From contig MCFE01000074.1 in assembly GCA_002104905.1 (NCBI GenBank), positions 1 through 64,000 of the forward strand: 64,000 nt of DNA, written 5' to 3'. The first letter of the stretch is position 1. Every line of letters starts with the position of its first letter. Source of the stretch: Basidiobolus meristosporus CBS 931.73 (Eukaryota > Fungi > Basidiobolomycota). Positions 57,201-64,000 of this stretch are shown here, piece by piece. The translations under genes and the position numbers were made by a program. The notes under the pieces were generated by a model. It searched no databases. It saw only the letters and a list, made by a program, of their open reading frames with translations, and was not told where the DNA came from.

Positions 57201-59629
57201 CTTTTGGTCATAACTCCTTAAGTACTGCTTCAAATGAGCTGTAATTTGAAACATGTGTTGACTACTACATGTTCTGTATGACATAATATTCTTGGGTGGA
57301 TTGCTTGTCAGGGTCTGGAGCATTTGTTCATCAAAGTTGGAAATTCTTGATCTTTCACTTGTGTGTTACAATAGCAAAAAGCAAAATAAAGAAATGAGTG
57401 CAATATTGGTTTAGAGATATTGTAGTAATGGAATACTTTCCATTACCACAGATGATGACAAAAATTTGATGTCAAGTCCACCAATTTTCAGGCTTGAATC
57501 AGAGCAAAACAATGAGAATTTCTTCATTCCAGAGGACTCTACAACCGTGGTTCAGCCAGAATCAGTGCCTAGGAATATCTCAGAAGTGATCATTCCAGTA
57601 TCAAATGCCCAGAGATTCAATTGGACAAGAAATAGCCCAAAATACTATATCAATGAGGGTACAAACTTAGCCTTTGCCTATTCAGTCCATATTGATGAGC
57701 CCCAGACTGTAAAAGAGGCCCTAAATAGCCCTCAGATGGAATTTTGGAGATCTGCAATGACTGAGGAATATCAAGCCTTGATGGAAAATCAAACTTGGGA
57801 TTTAGTCAAATTACCAATAAACCAAAAATTAATTGGATGTAGATGGGTCTTCAAGACAAAATACAAGGTAGATGGTACAATTGAAAGATACAAAGCAAGA
57901 CTTGTTTGCCAAAGGAGACTCTCAAACAAAAGGACTTGACTATACTGAGACCTTTGCACTGGTAGCCAAGTTTAATTCCATGAGATTAATATTGCCTATT
58001 GCAGTCAAATATAAGTTTTTTACTCATCAAATGGATGTAAAAACTGCACTTTTGAATGGAGAACTTGATGAGGACATGTATATGAACCAGCCTGATGGCT
58101 TTGTTGGTCAAGATAACCCCCATTTGGTATGCAAGCTTAAGAAGTCACTATATGGTCTCAAATAATCACCAAGAGCCTGGATTGCAAGATAGATTCTTAT
58201 TTGGAATCTTTGAGTTTCAAAATGAGTAATGCTGACTATAGTATATACTATAAGCCAGATAGAGCAAATCCAGCTCTATTAGCTCTATATGTGGATGATC
58301 TTATTATAGACACCAATAACCTAGAAACATTGGAAGAGACTAAATCCATCCTATCTAAGGAGTTCAAGATGTCCAATCTAGGAGAACTTAGTTACTACTT
58401 AGAGATTAAGTTCTCCATAGACAGAAGTACTCAGACTATCACCCTAAGTCAATCCAAGTATATTCAAGATATACTAAAGAAGTACCAAATGGAAGACTGT
58501 AAACCAGCAGCTACCTTAATGGAGACAAACCTTAACTTGGTCAAAACACAACCAAATCAAGAGAGCTTGGTGCCATCTGAAAGCCCTGACTTTCCTTATC
58601 AATCTATGGTCAGCAGTCTGATGTATATCAGGCTTGGAACATGTCCACATATCTCATATTCAGTGGGAGTTGTCAGCCAACATAATCAGAACTATGGATC
58701 TGATCATATTGCAGCAGTTTAGCGGATTTTTAGATACCTAAAAGGAACTGCTGATAACTGCTTAAGATACACTTACAAGGACTCAGAGCAGGATCTTGTG
58801 GGATACTCTGATGCTGATTGGGGACGAAATTTAGAAGACAGAAGATCCACCACAGGATACACCTTTCTTTACTGTAAAGGAGCAATTTCATGGAATTTAA
58901 GAAAGCAACCAACCATAGCACTTTCCACCACAGAGGCAGAGTATATGGCAGCCTGTGAAGCTACAAAAGAAGCAATGTGGTTAAGAAAACCTCTTACAGA
59001 TTTAGGCCTATGCCAAAAAACACCTATTACTTTATTTCAAGATAATCAAGGATGTATACAATTAGGTAGAAATCCAACTTTTCATGCTAGAACCAAGCAC
59101 ATAGATATTAGTCATCATATCATACGTGAACCTATAGAGAAAGACCTAGCTAGCTTAGTTTACTGTCCTACAGATGAAATGATTGCAGACATATTTACCA
59201 AACCATTAGCTAGAGACAAGCTTGAATATCTTAGGTCAAAATTAGGTCTAGTCAGCATGAACATTTAGCTGAGAGGGAGTGTTGTAAAAGTTTGTATTTC
59301 CACCTAAATATTCACCTAACTTAGTCACTTAGAACATCACCTTCAAATCCTAGAGAATACTGACCAAATTCCTTGTCAGGATCTACTTAGAATATTTTCA
59401 CCAAAATACCAGGTACGCAGAACATGAAAAATTCTCAAAGTTGTCAAAACAGCCCCAAACTTTGCACACATGTTCCTGGGACCTTCCTTAACCTATTCTA
59501 TGTGTTTCTAATGCCAAGACCAGGTAAATATATAAATACTACTCTTACATTCAATAAATCATTAAGTGAGAACCACATAATCTACCTGTCCTCCCATTCA
59601 CTACCAATATCTCCAAGACTCTTACAACA
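53863..59629 (+). mobile_element. Ty1/copia element E4 (shares LTR 53863-54210 with E3; 3'LTR 59280-59629), degenerate, interrupted by X2
   Basis: PBS variant GGCTATGAGCCC at 54211; gag-pol fragments; RT/RNase H variants shared with E3. Confidence 0.92.
56354..57450. mobile_element. Insertion X2: 1097-bp copy of the X element with 4-bp TSD GATG
   Basis: Splits cagatg|atgacaaaaa in the integrase-RT linker; same ends as X1 (TATTGTGTTG..ATTACCACA); shorter tandem-repeat block. Confidence 0.75.
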
Positions 59630-62600
59630 AAATCCTCTAGTTCTTCACATTACTTCCAATACTCCTCAGAATATTGCAATAGGTTATGAGGCTCAAGCTT
59701 GCTGTCCTCTTGGTGTCTACTTTGCCTTGGATGCTTTTCTGCTAGTCTGGAGATAGATTATCCACACTATTGTCCTGCCAAAGTTAAAGATAACTACCGC
59801 GGCTACAAGGACTATGTTCATGAGTATATTGCTATGGAGTAGAAGGCCATGCCCTTCAAAAGACTCATTCAGTAACTGCTCAAGCTGGTTATGAAGGAGA
59901 GTCTATCAAGCTGACATGTAAATATGTCAAGAAATATAATATGTTGGTGCTCTAACACTACTGACAAAAAATGCGTAATTCCAGCAATTGAGGGTCCAGA
60001 TCTGCAATGAAATATATCGCTATATGTATTTATATGACCTCAATTTACTGTTAGACAAGCTTTTGGATAGGATATTATCCTGGATTGAAAATAAAAACAT
60101 AGATTATCATTGAATGATTGCTGGAGGTGAATTTTACCAAAATCTGTTGCCGCTCAAAATAAGGCTGAGAATGCAAATACTGGAGCAGTTAGCCGCCATT
60201 CTGGACAACCTATTAATGGAAAAAGATCTCAGAAACAAGCTACCTGAATTGTAAGGATCCCAATGATATATAATATATATATCCACCTGGAGTACAGATA
60301 TGTACTACACAATCCATTGGAAGAATGCAATAATTGTATCAAGTGTTTTGATACTGAAACCAGTGTACCAGGAGCTAATATATGGAGCTGTTAGATGTGC
60401 TATCTCTCTGATTAAGTCTCAAAACAGTTGGAGAATGTATTATACAAATTTAGCAAATTCAACTCAAGAAGATTCTACTACCAGCCAAAGGAGTGAGGCA
60501 TATAATTGCAAGCCTGATTGGAGTATACAACCAAGCAAAAGTTGGCCATTACACAGCTAAGAGCCACTCAGAAAATAACATAGTACTTTATACTTGCAAT
60601 ATATATATCACTTATTACAGTGGAAAAACACTTGGTGATATAATACTTCTCTAGATCAGACCAGAATAATTTTGATTGATCAAATCACCACCAAGCTCTA
60701 CAACTCAAGACACTGAGCTATCAGAGTCTGACATTGCAGTATTGATGAAGCTAGCTATCAAATGCAGTTTATCTGATCAAATTTGGCTGACTCTATCAAA
60801 AGTTATGACTGTTCTAAGTGGATGCCAATTTTGATTACTTCACTCTCAAATAGTCAGATATTCTGGAACAATGATATCATGGAGACTCTTGTGCTCAGAA
60901 ACACCATGGTCCCACCTGCAGGGAAGTCCAGAATCACCCCACAAAAGGAATTATTCCTGGGTCATCAGCAGAAAAAGAAAAGAAGAAAAAATGGAAATTA
61001 CTACTACCACAAACTGGGGTACTTCCCAAATGGAGCCAAAACTTATGTAGGCCATATTTGGACTATCTGGCAACGGGGATATGCTCCATGTAGCCTCTTG
61101 TACAAGGTTATCAAGCCAGAAATCCCAGAAGAGTGTTGAAACTTCAACAGGATCTGTCAGATATTATAGTATATATTGGAACAGATTATTTAATGCAGAA
61201 GTCTTGATGTTTGCTGTCTATGGAGCTGAAAGAAAAAGGTGCAAGGATCAACCCAGATGGTTTTTATGGATTCTGCAGACACTGAGAAGGTCAGTTAGTC
61301 TTCCAAACCAACCTCAAGGTTGAAAATAACTGTCAGGAGAATAAGGATAATTGATGCCCTTGTCAAGGAGAATCTCATATCTGATAAAGTGCCAGTCTCT
61401 ATCCTACAAGCATATTTTGATAAGACAAAAGTAGCTATATCAATCCAGATCAGTGAAGCACTCTGAGAATAGCTACCAAATAACCTATGGTGTTGTCCAA
61501 TACTAAACTGGGTAAATCAAGAAGCAAATAGACTTTGAATCTACCACAAATGAAGTAATCAGTCCTAAGAAAGTTATTGCCACTTAAAGAAGACAAAGAT
61601 GACCATTCTAGATCATTTTTGTGGATCTGAATCACTAAACAGACGTGGTTCAAGTGGGAGCAGGCCATCCCAGCTCAGAGCTGAGCAAAAACCTTTTTTT
61701 TTTGGCCATGTTTGTATGTGCTGCGGTGCCAGGAAATGAGGATAATCCAAATCAGGTGTAAATGACAAAACCTTAACTTGGCCCAATATAGGTCATTTCT
61801 TTTACCTCATATAGAGTCTATATGATGGAAGTAACTGTCTCTGAGCCTAATATGGACACACAGCAAAGTTGTCTAAATGGATTAAACTGTTGGCTAGAAA
61901 TAAGAAAACTTCAGATCTGCACTAAATGACAAATCCGTAACTTGACCACAAGTGGGTCGATTTTGCTCAAATAAGAAGCATTAGATAGCCCAGAGGCCAT
62001 ATATTATTATTACAATTTATCAATTAGACTCAGCTCAATTTTCAAGTCCATACAACTGATCAAAGTTGATGATTAGCATTATGATCAGATCATTCCAATT
62101 TTTTAGGCATACTACCAAGTAGATATGCACATTGAATTTCAAGTTACTTGTTCAATTTAGTTGAACACAGATGCATATGCTGCTGGACAATAAATTAGTC
62201 CAGTATTCAACACAGTTAAGTCTTATATGCCTATTACAGATTTCACACTCTCAATATGTATTTACTACTTATGAATATTTTGTTGAGTGGGAGTGTTGTA
62301 ATTATTGAGTTGTCACCTATATATTCCTGCTAACTTAGTCACATAGATCTTATACTTTGATTAGCATTCTGTCCTGACCAGATTTCTTGTAGGGATTTAC
62401 TTGGAATATTTTCACCAAATTGTTGGGTACCCAGATTATTATTTTTCGCAAAGTTGTCCAAAAAACCCCAAACTTTGCACACATATTCTTGGGACCTTCC
62501 TCAATAAACTCTACATGTTTGTTTTCTCTACTCTATCAATAGTATAAATACCATACTTTTGATCAATAAATCTACAAGTTAATAACATGTAAATCCTCTA

Positions 62601-62642
62601 GTTCTCCACATCACTTCTAATACACCTCAGAATATTGCAACA
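59630..62642 (+). mobile_element. Type-B LTR element: LTR 3' end plus PBS (about 59630-59695), non-coding or decayed interior, PPT and full 3'LTR 62294-62642
   Basis: aaatcctctagttc..aatattgcaata|GGTTATGAGGCTC; TGAGTGGGAG|TGTTGTAATT..TTGCAACA. I could not recognise gag-pol motifs in the 2.6-kb interior. Confidence 0.65.
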
Positions 62643-62821
62643 AATAGAACACTTGATACAGAGGGAGAAGGAACTATCCAAGTAAACCTTAGAAGCAGTG
62701 AAGTAAGCCATACACTGACCTTTAAAGAAGTACTCTATGTACCAGAAATAGCCAAGAACCTATTGCCTGTAAGCAAGGCCACAGCAGAAGGACTCAGTTT
62801 CAGCTTTGACAATTCTGGATG
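62643..62821 (+). mobile_element. Copia pol fragment (region after the protease motif)
   Basis: aatagaacacttgat..ctgacctttaaagaagtactctatgtaccagaaatagccaagaacc matches E1 at about 41237-41410. Confidence 0.8.
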
Positions 62822-64000
62822 TGTTGTAAATATTAGTGATTCCACCTAAATATTCTCCTAACTTAGTTACTTAAGTCATTACCTTCAAATCCTAGAGAAT
62901 ACTGACCAAACTTCTTGTTGGGATTTACTTAGAATATTTACCCAGAACATGAAAATTAGATAAGTGGTCCTAACAGCCCCAAACCTTACACACATGTTCT
63001 TGCAACCTTCCTTAACCTATTCTATGTGTTTGTGATGCCAAGACCATGTAAAAGTATAAATACTACTTTTACATTCAATAAATCATTAAGTGAAAACCAC
63101 CTAATCTACTATTTTCCCAGTCACTTCCAATATCTCCAAGACTCTTACAACAGGTTATGAGCCCCAAGCTATCACTCTCTGCAGTGTCTACTACTGCTAT
63201 TACCGGAACTTTTCCCTCTGCTAAAAAGTTGGATAGATCTAACTACCAAGTGTGGAAGGTGAAGATGAAGATGCTACTACAAGAAAGAGGCCTTTGGGAT
63301 ATTGTCAAGGGAGAACAATGCCCTCCTAAAAATGTGGGAGAGAAAGCAATGAAGTACTAGAAGAAAGAAAAATGAGCCTTTAAGTGCATTTGCCTTAATG
63401 TTAAAGGCAAATTACTAATTCAATACTCAAGAGCAAAAACAGCAAAGAATGCCTGGAAGGCAGAGAAGACACCTACCAGTCATGTTCAGCTGCTAAGAAG
63501 ATGTATCTGGGACAAAAATTCTTTACTACAAAGATGCAGCCAGGGCATGAAATGAAAAATCTAATTAACAAAATTACCATGCTGGTAGATGAAATGGAAT
63601 CTGTGGGCATACCAACTACTGATGAGGATGTGATAGTTACCATCCTGAATAGCCTGACAGCCAAGTCTCAGAGCCTTGTATGAGTCCTAGAGTCCAGAAC
63701 TGAAGATTTAACCTTAAATTACGTATATGGAAGGCTCCTGGATGAAGAATTAAGAAAATCAAGCACAAATAAGAAGGAAGAAGAAAATGCTTTAATAAGC
63801 AATGATAACCAACAAAGGAGGTACCCAAGACCCTACAAAGGCAACAGCAACCTGCTTTGTAATTACTGCAAACGGAAAGGACACACATCAGACCAGTGTC
63901 TCAAAAAGAGAGATAATCAGCAAAAGAAGCCTGAATATGGAAATGCTGCAACAACTGAAGATAGACTATTCATATCTGCACTGAATATGAACACAAACAA
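62822..64000 (+). mobile_element. Ty1/copia element E5 (LTR 62822-63152, PBS at 63153, degenerate gag), truncated by the window end
   Basis: LTR variant with a small internal deletion; MSPKLSLSA..NYQVWKVKMKMLL with stops; CCHC knuckle near 63860. Confidence 0.9.

Overview
Eukaryotic DNA from an early-diverging fungus. Evidence: short GT-AG introns with CTRAY branch points, fungal-type MET6, Pcl cyclin, Srp1 and NDUFA6, and Ty1/copia elements. A Basidiobolus-like zoopagomycete is my guess, not something shown. The window has three zones. (1) 1-16 kb is accessory and secretome-rich: a divergent intronless ornithine decarboxylase, a trypsin-fold protein with an altered active site, a tandem array of three secreted bacterial-type CHAP peptidoglycan hydrolases plus a deleted relic, a spliced PY-motif membrane microprotein, a GMC oxidoreductase pseudogene, Ase1/PRC1 and an orphan secreted protein. 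(2) 16-38.5 kb is GC/CpG-rich core genes: two near-identical MET6 genes in inverted head-to-head orientation, each with a strongly structured intron 2; RPA2; an Srp1-like SR protein; MPC1 with a 4-nt microexon divergent from NDUFA6; a secreted (KKDDA)n repeat polyprotein; a Pcl cyclin; an intronless beta-tubulin with E198L and two 1-nt insertions; a small secreted protein; and a DUF3020-like protein. (3) 39.7-64 kb is a CpG-depleted nest of defective Ty1/copia elements that share LTRs in tandem and have inserted twice at the same nucleotide (CATGTTCTTGG^) of related LTRs. It also holds two copies of an unrelated ~1.1-1.2 kb TG..CA element with 4-bp TSDs. The best leads are the CHAP array, the KKDDA polyprotein, the LTR insertion hotspot and the MET6 intron structure. 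All coordinates and alignments were made by eye; no database searches were run.
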